Part shown: in pieces, positions 1 through 8,453 of the stretch
Numbering within the stretch: position 1 is the stretch's first letter
Layout: every line of letters begins with the position of its first letter
Made by a program: the position numbers and the translations under genes
The notes under the pieces: generated by a model
Told to the model about the DNA's origin: nothing
What the model saw: the letters and a program-made list of their open reading frames with translations, nothing else
The model's database searches: none
Source of the DNA: Haloferax volcanii DS2
Lineage (GTDB): Archaea; Halobacteriota; Halobacteria; Halobacteriales; Haloferacaceae
NCBI RefSeq assembly: GCF_000025685.1
Contig: NC_013967.1
Location: 1,380,001-1,412,000, forward strand
Reading direction: 5' to 3'
Length of the DNA stretch: 32,000 nucleotides

Positions 1-73
1 CCGCCCTCGGAAACGCCCGCCGAAACCTCCCGAGCGCCTACGCCCGGGCGTTCACCTCGATGCTCTCGAACTG

Positions 74-610
74 ATGCCCAACGAGACGGCCGACAACGAC
101 GAGAATCCTCTGGACGCGGAGGCGACACCCGAGCGCACGACCGAAGGAGAGACCGTCGAACCCCGACCGAGCGAGACCGCCGAACCCGAGCGCCGACGAG
201 TTCACGTCACGCGCGGACTCGTCGACCTGCTGCTCGATATGGCCGAAGACGCCGAGCCGTCGTCGGTGAACCTCGTGCTCGCTCCGACACCCGCGGGCGA
301 GTTCGACGACGACCTCGGCCTCGACCCTGAGACGCCCGTGCTCACACACTTCTACATGGCCGAGGCCGGCCAGTCCGTGAGCGCCGTCTTCGGGATGGAC
401 CTCGGAACGCCCGCCGGGCGCGGCCGCGCCCGCTTTCTCACGCACCCGCAGGGGCCGTTCGAACTCACGGAGCGCGACGGCCTCGCGGCCGTGGTGCTCC
501 TCGCGGTCCCACCGTGGGAGCGGCGGACGCTCGCCGCGTTCGACCGCGCCGGTCGGAAGTTAGAACTCGCCGTCCTCGACGCCGAGCCACCGCAGGAAGA
601 ACTCGACTGA
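74..610 (+). CDS. hypothetical acidic protein (178 aa)
   Basis: ATG-initiated track ORF with Asp/Glu-rich haloarchaeal composition. The overlapping minus ORF 38..445 translates to Arg/Gly-rich junk. No family recognised. Confidence 0.55.
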   Translation: MPNETADNDENPLDAEATPERTTEGETVEPRPSETAEPERRRVHVTRGLVDLLLDMAEDAEPSSVNLVLAPTPAGEFDDDLGLDPETPVLTHFYMAEAGQSVSAVFGMDLGTPAGRGRARFLTHPQGPFELTERDGLAAVVLLAVPPWERRTLAAFDRAGRKLELAVLDAEPPQEELD

Positions 611-673
611 GCCGACCGCGTTCCGCTGCCCGGCGCTGCCGGCCCGCGCGCGGCGGCCGCTCGCCTCGGTCGA

Positions 674-886
674 CTACCGCAGGTAGCCGAGGTCGGTCAG
701 TTGCTCCGCGATTTCTTGGAACTCCGCCTCCGAGAGATCGCCGCCGGAGCGCTCGTGCTGGATGACGATGCTGCGGAGGAGGAACCGGACGAGATCGCTC
801 GTGCTCGAGAAGGTGGTTCCTTCGATGGTGTCGTCGACGCGAGCGGCCAACTCCTTCGGAATCGAGACCGTCGTGTACTCGGTCAT
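674..886 (-). CDS. ribbon-helix-helix (CopG-like) small DNA-binding protein, 70 aa
   Basis: Track ORF 674..964 trimmed to the internal ATG (cat at 884-886). The N-terminus MTEYTTVSIPKELAARVDD looks like an RHH beta-strand followed by helices. The upstream 26 codons look non-coding. Confidence 0.55.
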   Translation of the reverse strand: MTEYTTVSIPKELAARVDDTIEGTTFSSTSDLVRFLLRSIVIQHERSGGDLSEAEFQEIAEQLTDLGYLR

Positions 887-1021
887 GGGTCGACCGTGGC
901 ACCGGGCGAGGTTAACCCCAACGGTGGCGACCGGGACCGTCCAGCGCGGTTTCCCGGCGTTCACCGGCGATTTCGCCGGAGGTCGGGGGTTTTTCCATGC
1001 GGGGCGTACTATACACGTTCG

Positions 1022-1348
1022 ATGGCCGCGAGACCGCCGCAGAACGATACGTCGGAGCCGGACTCAATCGAATTCGGTATCGCCGCGCTCGCCGATGACG
1101 TCGACACCGCAGACATCGACTACCCGGCAGACGCGACCGAGATCACACGGGCGCTCGACGACGTTTCCGTGCCGATTGACGCCGCGGGCAATACGGTCGC
1201 GATAAGCGACGCCCTCGCCGCCGCGCCGAAAGACCGATTCGACTCTCGCCGGGACCTCTTGGAGACGCTTCACCCGGTGTTCGAGGAGTTCCGCGCGAAG
1301 GCCTCGAAGAGCCTGATGGGTCGGCTTCGTTCGCTCGTCCCGTTCTGA
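1022..1348 (+). CDS. conserved haloarchaeal hypothetical protein, 108 aa (resembles DUF5789/DUF2795-like proteins, from memory)
   Basis: Track ORF 701..1348 trimmed to the ATG at 1022 (MAARPPQNDTSEPD...). The protein is acidic. The 5' part of the long ORF overlaps the RHH gene on the other strand and reads as junk. Confidence 0.5.
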   Translation: MAARPPQNDTSEPDSIEFGIAALADDVDTADIDYPADATEITRALDDVSVPIDAAGNTVAISDALAAAPKDRFDSRRDLLETLHPVFEEFRAKASKSLMGRLRSLVPF

Positions 1349-1399
1349 AGGCGGTCTCGGTTGGCGTCCTCCAGTCCCGACGGCCCGGTTCGAATCGGC

Positions 1400-2311
1400 T
1401 CACTCCAGTTCTTCGATTCGTTTCATCTGCTCGCGGTGTAGCGAGAGGATGAGATCCGACAGCACGCCGAACATCAGCAGTTGTACCCCGAAGAGAATAC
1501 CTGCCATAGAGACGACGGCGATGACCTCGTGGGAAATCGAGCGAACGACCCACTCGTAGGCGACGTACAGGGCGAGCCCGAGCCCGGTCGCGGTCGACGC
1601 GAACCCGACGCTGCCGAAGTAGAAAAGCGGGTTGTTGGTCTTGGCGCGGCGATACAGTTCCAGGAAGATGATACCACCGTCGCGGATCGGGTCGAGATTC
1701 GTATCCGAGCCGTCGGGCCGCGGGTAGTAGGTCGTGGGCACGACCGTCGTCTTGATACCACGCTTCGCGCACTCGACGGCCATCTCCGTCTCGATGCCGA
1801 AGCCGTCGGAAGTTAGCGTCATGTCGAGAAACGACTCGCGGGTGAACGCCCGGTAGCCGCTGAGGATATCACGAAAGTCCTGACCGTGAATAAACGCGAA
1901 CGCCCGGTTGATGATGCGGTTTCCGACTCTGTTGAGCCGCGTCATCGCGCCCGGCCGCATATCGGCGAATCGGTCGCCGATGACGTGGTCGTACCCCTCG
2001 GTGAGCGGGTCGAGCATCTTGGTGGCGTCTGTCGCTTCGTAGGTCCCGTCGCCATCGAGCATCAGGACGTACGGCGCTTGAATGTGGTCTTCAACGGCTT
2101 CTCTGACAGCCTGGCCTTTTCCGGACCCCGACTGGACGACGACATGAGCACCGGCGTCTTCGGCGAGTTCCCGTGTCCCATCTGTGGAGCCGCCGTCGAT
2201 GACGAGGACGTTGGCGAATCCCTCATCTCGGTAATCTGAGATGACATCAGCGATTGTTTCCGCCTCGTTGTAGGTGGGGGTGAGGATACAGACGGCATCG
2301 GGGGTGGGCAT
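1400..2311 (-). CDS. aglJ: GT2 dolichyl-phosphate hexosyltransferase (DPM1-like), AglJ
   Basis: 303 aa with an ATG start. GT2 signatures LTPTYNEAETI and the DxD-type MLDGDG, plus a C-terminal TM segment. Position at the edge of the agl island matches my memory of H. volcanii AglJ. Confidence 0.85.
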   Translation of the reverse strand: MPTPDAVCILTPTYNEAETIADVISDYRDEGFANVLVIDGGSTDGTRELAEDAGAHVVVQSGSGKGQAVREAVEDHIQAPYVLMLDGDGTYEATDATKMLDPLTEGYDHVIGDRFADMRPGAMTRLNRVGNRIINRAFAFIHGQDFRDILSGYRAFTRESFLDMTLTSDGFGIETEMAVECAKRGIKTTVVPTTYYPRPDGSDTNLDPIRDGGIIFLELYRRAKTNNPLFYFGSVGFASTATGLGLALYVAYEWVVRSISHEVIAVVSMAGILFGVQLLMFGVLSDLILSLHREQMKRIEELE

Positions 2312-2333
2312 TAGTCTCGATATGATTGTGCTG

Positions 2334-2342
2334 AATAAAATA
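2334..2342 (-). promoter_or_regulatory. TATA-like box of aglJ (TATTTTATT on the minus strand), -31..-23 from the ATG
   Basis: AT box centred about 27 nt upstream of the start codon. This spacing implies a leaderless mRNA, which is common in haloarchaea. Confidence 0.45.
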
Positions 2343-2620
2343 GTCTATCGTTTGGTCCACACAGTTGGTGATAATCAAATGTGGACTGATATTAGTCTAT
2401 CAACTCACGGTGAGATATAATCAGATTGTCCCATTGACAACTATAATTATCAGACTACAACCTCTCGATTTGGACTGCACTGTCGGTTGATTACGTTGAG
2501 CAGAGGCATCATTGAAACAGACATCCTACTATCCTTCTCTCAAAATATGGTTGACTGTTCTATAATTCGTACGTAGGCAGTTACACAACAGTCCACGAAA
2601 GACTCACATCAGCGCGCAAC

Positions 2621-2630
2621 ACAATAACAT
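2621..2630. repeat. 10-bp target-site duplication (ACAATAACAT), left copy, of the outer IS
   Basis: An identical 10-mer at 5480..5489 abuts the other inverted repeat. Confidence 0.75.
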
Positions 2631-2718
2631 CATCCGTTCTAGTTTAACGAAGAATCCAGTTGCTGTCTGTTGATTTGATATCGTCGCAACTACCTGATTG
2701 AGAAACCCGGTGGGAAGT

Positions 2719-2982
2719 ATGACCTACAGCCCACCGGATTCGGTCATAGTTGACCGGATTCAAAGAGCGTTTCCCTCTGATGAGTTGCGCGAGCGCGCTC
2801 GCGCAACGAATCTCGTCCAACGAGAGCGAAAATTCGACATCGTTGCGCTGTTCTACACACTCTCGTTTGGCTTCGCTGCTGGCTCAGACCGCTCTCTCCA
2901 AGCATTTCTCGAACGCTACGTCGAGATGGCTGACTGTGACGAACTCTCCTACGCATCGTTCCACGACTGGTTCGAACCAGGA
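2719..2982 (+). pseudogene. N-terminal fragment (88 codons) of the outer-IS transposase
   Basis: Starts at ATG 2719 (MTYSPPDSVIVDRIQ...). The reading frame is cut at 2982 by the nested IS and resumes in the same frame at 4389 once the IS and one GGA copy are removed. Confidence 0.75.
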
Positions 2983-4385
2983 TCAGTACATCACAAAGCC
3001 TGTTAGTTGAGACGTCTGCTTGCTGAAGATGTGTCCAAGCAACCACAGCAAGCAGACGATGAAATCCACGAGGACCAGCTCCTTAACTTCCTCGTCAACT
3101 CTCTTGACGAGGAAGTTGCTCTCTCACTCGCTGAAAACGCTGAACTCGATGCTGAAGACATCTACGAGGTCCTCGTCGGCGCCTGCGCCGACGGGACCTC
3201 GGTCTCTACACTCTGCAAGAGAAGCGAAGGTGCACCTCACGAAAACTCGGTTCTCTACCATCTCCGCACTAAATTCGATCTAGAAACGCTCGAACAGGTT
3301 GGAAACACGCTCCTCCAGAAGGACATTCTCAACGTCCTTCCCCAGCAGGTGGAGGTCTGCGCAGACCTCCTCCTGCGGCCCTACTACGGCGACGAAGACG
3401 ATACAGACGGCCTGCATCACTCACAAGCGAAGCGTGGAACCACCGCGTTCCACGCGTACGCGACACTGTACGCACGCGTGAAGAACAAACGCTACACGCT
3501 GGCGGTGCGCCGTCTCGAAGACGGCGACACCGCCAGCAGTGTCCTCGCAGAGTTCCTCGGTATTCTCGACGGCCTTGACCTCGGTGTCAAGGCCGTCTAT
3601 CTTGACCGCGAATTCTACGACAGCAAGTGTTTGACGCTGCTTCAGGCGCACAACCACGCGTACGTCATGCCGATCGTCCGCTGGGGACGGACGATCAAGC
3701 GAGAACTCTCGGAAGGGTGGAGTCGCGTGATTCAGCACAGTCTGACGGCGAGACTCGACGGTCACAGCTGGACCGTCGAGTTCCCCGTCTACATCGACTG
3801 TACCTACCAGAACGGACGGTACGACGAACATGGGGTGGCGCGTCACGGCTACGCCGCTGACGCGCCGTTCATCAACTCACCACGAGACGCTCGATACCAC
3901 TACGCGAAACGCTTCGGTATCGAGGCAAGCTATCGACTCTCCGAGCAAAGTATCGCGACGACCTCGACACAAAATCCGGTCGTACGGCTGTTGTACGTCG
4001 TGGTGAGCTTGCTGTTACAGAACGTGTGGCGGTATTTGCACTGGGAGTACGTGGCGACGCCCCGCCGTGGGGGGCGTCGCCTCTGGGAGTGGTCGTTCAA
4101 GGAGTTCATCAATATGGTCCGTCGAGCAGCGTGGACGGCCCTCGCGGTGCGTCGGGCTGTCCCCGCGAACCGACCACCAGACGACCGGTTCCACCGGTAA
4201 CTCCCGACCGGGCTAGCCAACGGTGGGAGTGGCGACGCTGTCGCGTCGGCGGCAGCCGCCGCCGACAGCGACGGCTCTCCGCCGATCCGTCCATGATTCT
4301 CTCGTCGAAACCGCCAGTCCAACCGCTCCGCCACAGAACTCAGGCTTCAGAAACAGCTAGCCGAGGATGCTTTGTGAGGTACTGA
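2983..4385 (+). mobile_element. ISH51-like IS4-family insertion sequence, copy A (1403 bp)
   Basis: 17-bp terminal inverted repeats TCAGTACATCACAAAGC (2983-2999) and the reverse complement of GCTTTGTGAGGTACTGA (4369-4385) match 16/17. A 3-bp TSD GGA sits at 2980-2982 and 4386-4388. A near-identical copy lies at 9917-11316. The ISH51 name is from memory of H. volcanii IS properties (about 1.4 kb, short IRs, 3-bp TSD). Confidence 0.85.
3007..4200 (+). CDS. DDE transposase (IS4 family), 397 aa
   Basis: Intact ORF with a TTG start in the track, so the true start is uncertain. Candidate catalytic regions are LLLRPYYGDEDD, VYLDREFYD and YHYAKRFGIEASYRLSEQ (a Y-x2-R-x3-E type motif). Confidence 0.85.
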   Translation: MRRLLAEDVSKQPQQADDEIHEDQLLNFLVNSLDEEVALSLAENAELDAEDIYEVLVGACADGTSVSTLCKRSEGAPHENSVLYHLRTKFDLETLEQVGNTLLQKDILNVLPQQVEVCADLLLRPYYGDEDDTDGLHHSQAKRGTTAFHAYATLYARVKNKRYTLAVRRLEDGDTASSVLAEFLGILDGLDLGVKAVYLDREFYDSKCLTLLQAHNHAYVMPIVRWGRTIKRELSEGWSRVIQHSLTARLDGHSWTVEFPVYIDCTYQNGRYDEHGVARHGYAADAPFINSPRDARYHYAKRFGIEASYRLSEQSIATTSTQNPVVRLLYVVVSLLLQNVWRYLHWEYVATPRRGGRRLWEWSFKEFINMVRRAAWTALAVRRAVPANRPPDDRFHR

Positions 4386-5466
4386 GGATTCGTTGCACTC
4401 CTCCGAGAGATTCTCGATGACGCCATCGAGAATCTCGATACCGGACGAACCGACTTGAACGGATGTCTCGAACGATTTCGAGACGTCCTCATTGCCGACG
4501 CGACCATCGTTTCACTGTACCAGGACGCCGCTGATGTCTACGCAGCAACTGGCAAGGATCAAGCTGAACTGAAGCTCCACCTCACAGAGTCACTCTCGAC
4601 GGGCCTTCCAACGCGATTCCGCACAACCGACGGAACAACTCACGAACGGAGTCAGCTACCCACCGGTGAGTGGGTAGCTGACGCCCTCTTCTTGCTCGAT
4701 TTAGGCTTCTACGACTTCTGGTTGTTCGACCGAACCGACCAGAACGGCGGCTGGTTCGTCTCCCGGGTGAAGGACAACGCGAACTTCGAGATCGTCGAAG
4801 AACTGCGAACGTGGCGAGGAAACAGTATTCCGCTGGAAGGAGAGTCGCTGCAGGCCGTCCTTGAGGACCTGCAGCGACAGGAAATCGACGTACGCATCAC
4901 GCTTTCATTCGAGCGCAAACGAGGGTCGGGCGCCAGCGCGACCCGGACGTTTCGACTGGTCGGACTACGTAACGAGAAGACCGACGAGTATCATCTGTAT
5001 CTGACGAATCTGGCGAGAGAAAGCTACAGCGCGCCCGATAGAGCTGCGCGATATCGGGCGCGCTGGGAGGTCGAACTGCTGTTCAAGGAGTTGAAGTCGC
5101 GGTTCGGCTTGGACGAGATCAAGACGACCGACGGCTACATCATCGAGGCGCTGATCATCATGTCGGCAATTTCGCTGATGATGAGCCGTGTAATCGTGGA
5201 TGAGTTGCGGTCACTTGAGGCAAGACAGAGAGGGCGAAGCCGCCGCAGACGCCGACTCGTCGGCGTCGCGGCTCCCTCGGCGTCGCTGTTCGCTCGCCGT
5301 GGAACGCCACGCTCATCTGATCCAACTGTATCTCATGGTTGAGCTGGGCTACGAACTGCCGGATTTGGACGAGCTGTTGCTGTGGGCGTCACGCAATCCA
5401 AATCCACACAGAGATCGGTTACGTGAGCAGGTTGAACGAGGTGAGTTCGGCTTTGATCGCTACTAA
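4386..5466 (+). pseudogene. C-terminal part of the outer-IS transposase, probably frameshifted
   Basis: The frame continues from 2982 (...WFEPG|FVALLREILDD...). The frame-A ORF ends at 5342 in an Arg-rich tail. Frame B (5200..5466) gives plausible sequence (LAVERHAHLIQLYLMVELGYELPDLDELL...) and stops inside the right IR. This suggests a frameshift near 5215-5235. Confidence 0.6.
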
Positions 5467-5479
5467 ACTAGAACGAATG

Positions 5480-5489
5480 ACAATAACAT
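5480..5489. repeat. 10-bp target-site duplication (ACAATAACAT), right copy
   Basis: Identical to 2621..2630 and directly abuts the right IR. Confidence 0.75.
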
Positions 5490-5552
5490 ACAACAACTGT
5501 GCCGAGACTTAGACAAACGCCGATTGAGGGAGTCACTAACTAGATAGTGTAT

Positions 5553-6272
5553 TTAATCATTTTGTCTGCGACCAATAACAAAGTCCTCATCGCGATTTAA
5601 TTTGGTAATCTCTGTGGAGAGTTTTGCCTCGGAGAGTAGTTTTGTCACGTCTTTCGGGTCAACACCAGCGTGAATCTCAACTATTACAAAGTTAACTGAC
5701 TGCAATGCATTGGTCATACCTTTCAGAACCTCTAATTCGTGACCCTCAACGTCAACTTTCACAACATTTGGTTTCGGAACCTCTCCACTCTCAACTAACT
5801 CATCTCCAGAGATTGTTTTGATAGTCATAGATCCTTCAGTCGATACTTTGTGTGTCCCGTTCGCTGCAATTGGGGAGGGCTCGAATGAGATATCCCCAGA
5901 AGAACTAGATAATCCATATCTCAGTGGTATAACCGTTCCTGGAGCACGGTCCGAATTTTCTGTTAGACGATCAAACGTGTCTGGGTTTGGTTCGAAGGCG
6001 AACACATTGGCTTTTGTGGAGCAGATACATGCGTGAGTCCCAATATTGGAACCAACATCCCACAGAACATCGTCTTCTTCAGCCTCCTCAAGGAGCAACC
6101 GAATAACATCTTGCTCTCCTCGAAGATCCCTGATCCTCCAGATTTCTTCCACACTTTGAACAGTAAACCTGGCAGCATATCCACTAACTTCGGCAATCAT
6201 TGGGGACCTGATGGCACCTGTCTTGAGTGCAATCCAGTCGCGAAGACGCGCCACTTTTTTAACTATTGTCAT
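5553..6272 (-). CDS. aglP: FkbM-type SAM-dependent methyltransferase, AglP
   Basis: 239 aa with an ATG start. Gly-rich SAM loop VLWDVGSNIGTH. AT-rich codon usage. Gene order matches the agl island. Confidence 0.8.
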   Translation of the reverse strand: MTIVKKVARLRDWIALKTGAIRSPMIAEVSGYAARFTVQSVEEIWRIRDLRGEQDVIRLLLEEAEEDDVLWDVGSNIGTHACICSTKANVFAFEPNPDTFDRLTENSDRAPGTVIPLRYGLSSSSGDISFEPSPIAANGTHKVSTEGSMTIKTISGDELVESGEVPKPNVVKVDVEGHELEVLKGMTNALQSVNFVIVEIHAGVDPKDVTKLLSEAKLSTEITKLNRDEDFVIGRRQND

Positions 6273-6374
6273 ATATTTAAGATGAAGACTGATTGTCTCT
6301 GGTCTGTATACCTGTCGTACATCCTCAAATATTAAATCTGCGAGTCATTTGTCAATAGTTCGTCTTTTTTGTTG

Positions 6375-7490
6375 TTAGTCAAGATATATCTCGTAGTCAT
6401 CTAATCGGGTTGCTTCGTATAACCGTGCAGCATGGGTCTGTTTATCATCAGTTCCTCTCGTTAGCAAACTGGTATTGGGGTCAAAAGAGTGCTGTATCTG
6501 TTCATTTACCCACATCTCTCGTTCCTTATATGAACCCACGCTAAATGTCTCCATCGCCGCAGGCACTTCGAAACCAGGAGGATTGTATGGGTGCGAGAAC
6601 TTGTTATCCGTAGTCGCTTCTCGAAACTCCTCGGAGAGAGTATACTCAAGGATATCCGAGAGCAGGTCAGTACTCCAGACCGAATGAGACGGAAATTCTC
6701 TTGCGAGTATTGCAAGAGCATAGAGGTTAAACGAATGGTAGCCCTCAGCTTTGTTCCTCAGACGTCGTTTGCTTCTGGGTGGTCGGAGATAATGAAGGAG
6801 ATGGTTTCGAACCATACTACGGTGGACGTCATGAGTCACTGACTCAGCGAGTTCGCTCAGATCCATAGATGGTCGAAGAGGATGTCTGATCAGTCCGTTT
6901 TCGTATAGATCGATAGTTGAAGGAAGACTATCTAAAAAGTCACGAACACGTTGAGAAACCTCCTGGGGAGCAGTATGTGCAACAAGTCCTCCAGAGGCCG
7001 CAAACCAAAGCTGATGGTTGAACGTACGGTCAAAACCTAATATTGTCCCATCGGTATCAACACGTTGCCACAATTTGAGCTTGTCACAGAATGGGTGTGA
7101 TAAGAACACATCTGCGGCGACAGCAGCAGCACGTTCGTTGTCAAGTGCTCTAGCTGCAAGCGCAAGGGCCTCAAGTGACCATGCCTGTCCCATCAGGCCA
7201 TTGCATCGGTCCTTCGTATCGTTTTGTCTGTGTTCAAACGTATGGCCATGTGGTCGTGCCTCTTCACTCAATAGATAAGAAACCGCATCTGAAGCAGCTT
7301 GTCTAAATCTATTTTCATCCGTAAGTTCGTGGGCCTTCAGAAATGTTACTAACCAGTGAGACGTGTTTCGAACAGGTGTTTCAGGATCATGGTACGGGCC
7401 GTTGTGTCCTGCTGGCATTGAACCATCTGATCGCTGGAGTGAGAGTCCAGCCTCTGCACTGGAGGCAAGAATGTCAGAAAGAGAGGTCAT
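6375..7490 (-). CDS. aglQ: AglQ (predicted isomerase/glycan-modifying enzyme), 371 aa
   Basis: Track ORF 6375..7784 trimmed to the ATG at 7490-7488 (MTSLSDILASS...). That ATG overlaps the aglE stop as ATGA and has GGAGG 5 nt upstream. The longer ORF would overlap aglE by about 300 nt. Confidence 0.75.
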   Translation of the reverse strand: MTSLSDILASSAEAGLSLQRSDGSMPAGHNGPYHDPETPVRNTSHWLVTFLKAHELTDENRFRQAASDAVSYLLSEEARPHGHTFEHRQNDTKDRCNGLMGQAWSLEALALAARALDNERAAAVAADVFLSHPFCDKLKLWQRVDTDGTILGFDRTFNHQLWFAASGGLVAHTAPQEVSQRVRDFLDSLPSTIDLYENGLIRHPLRPSMDLSELAESVTHDVHRSMVRNHLLHYLRPPRSKRRLRNKAEGYHSFNLYALAILAREFPSHSVWSTDLLSDILEYTLSEEFREATTDNKFSHPYNPPGFEVPAAMETFSVGSYKEREMWVNEQIQHSFDPNTSLLTRGTDDKQTHAARLYEATRLDDYEIYLD

Positions 7491-8401
7491 TGTTCCTCCG
7501 ATCTTAGGATATAAGAAAGACGGCCAGCATTCTCTGCGAGCCGACAGCACCACGCAACCACAAGTATTCTGACGAACATTGCTTTCGTCACTGTCTGTCC
7601 AGTCCGTCGTAAATCTTGGGAGAGATAGTGTGGAGGTTTCGGGAGAAAGCCAACGAGAATCCACAATGCCAACGCAAATACTCGCCTCAGAGAAATTCTG
7701 TCTAACATCCACACCTGTATCTGACCTTTGCCAACTCTGAATTGCTTCTTCAACAGTTCTCCGAACGGTCGAGCAGGATGACAACCAATCACGTCGTGTG
7801 CGAAAGTTAATGAATACCCTGCGTCTGTAGCTCTCTTCGTCCAGTGGACATCACCACCAGAGATAAGGTGGTTTGGAAACGGACCAACGTCCTCAACGAC
7901 ATCCTGTCTAACAAAGAGATTTACCGTCTTCGCCACGTTTCGTTTAGATATGCTCTCTTTCATTTGCATATTAGTAAACGAGTCGTACCGCTCAGCTGCG
8001 GTTCCTCCATTTGGATACGTGAATTCCACGTTACCTCCAACGAGGTCTACTCCTGTACCGGAGATTGTAGACACGCCGCGTTCAAGCCACTGTTGGTGTG
8101 GAGAACAATCCCCATCTAAAAAAGCAAGAATAGCGCCGCTAGACTGCTCAATACCAGTATTTCGGGCAGCATAAGACCCTTGTTGTTCATCCTCAATCAG
8201 AATTTCGAGATTGTCGTAAGCAGTGCTAAACTGACGAGCGATCTCTTTCGTACCATCCTGTGATCCATTATCTACGACGAGTACTTCATACTTTGACTTG
8301 GGGTACGTCTGTGATGTTACCGCATTGAGGCATTTTTGAATATTTTCAGCCTCATTATAGACTGGAATGATGACAGATACAAACGGTAGAGTCGAAGTCA
8401 T
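7487..8401 (-). CDS. aglE: GT2 glycosyltransferase, AglE
   Basis: GT2 motifs VIIPVYNEAENI and FLDGDC. The track start at 8425 is a TTG; the first ATG at 8401 (MTSTLPFVSV...) is preferred, giving 304 aa. Confidence 0.8.
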   Translation of the reverse strand: MTSTLPFVSVIIPVYNEAENIQKCLNAVTSQTYPKSKYEVLVVDNGSQDGTKEIARQFSTAYDNLEILIEDEQQGSYAARNTGIEQSSGAILAFLDGDCSPHQQWLERGVSTISGTGVDLVGGNVEFTYPNGGTAAERYDSFTNMQMKESISKRNVAKTVNLFVRQDVVEDVGPFPNHLISGGDVHWTKRATDAGYSLTFAHDVIGCHPARPFGELLKKQFRVGKGQIQVWMLDRISLRRVFALALWILVGFLPKPPHYLSQDLRRTGQTVTKAMFVRILVVAWCCRLAENAGRLSYILRSEEQ

Positions 8402-8453
8402 TAGTAGTAGGTGATAGTATCCCAAGCGAAAGTACTTGCGACCTAGTCATACC

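Larger units (their letters stand above)
2631..5479 (+). mobile_element. IS4-family insertion sequence (about 1.44 kb natively), disrupted by a nested IS
   Basis: Terminal inverted repeats CATCCGTTCTAGTTTA (2631-2646) and the reverse complement of TAAACTAGAACGAATG (5464-5479) match 15/16. The element is flanked by the 10-bp direct repeat ACAATAACAT. It encodes a DDE transposase split at 2982/4386. Confidence 0.8.

Noticed and set aside
3930-4334. 134-aa ORF antisense to the transposase 3' end, conserved in both IS copies (also 9968..10372)
   Set aside because: Its conservation simply follows from the near-identity of the two IS copies. The sequence is Arg/Ala/Ser-rich with no motif, so there is no independent evidence for coding.
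7491-7784. N-terminal 98-codon extension of the aglQ ORF
   Set aside because: It lies wholly inside aglE in another frame. The ATGA overlap plus GGAGG at 7490 gives a much better start.
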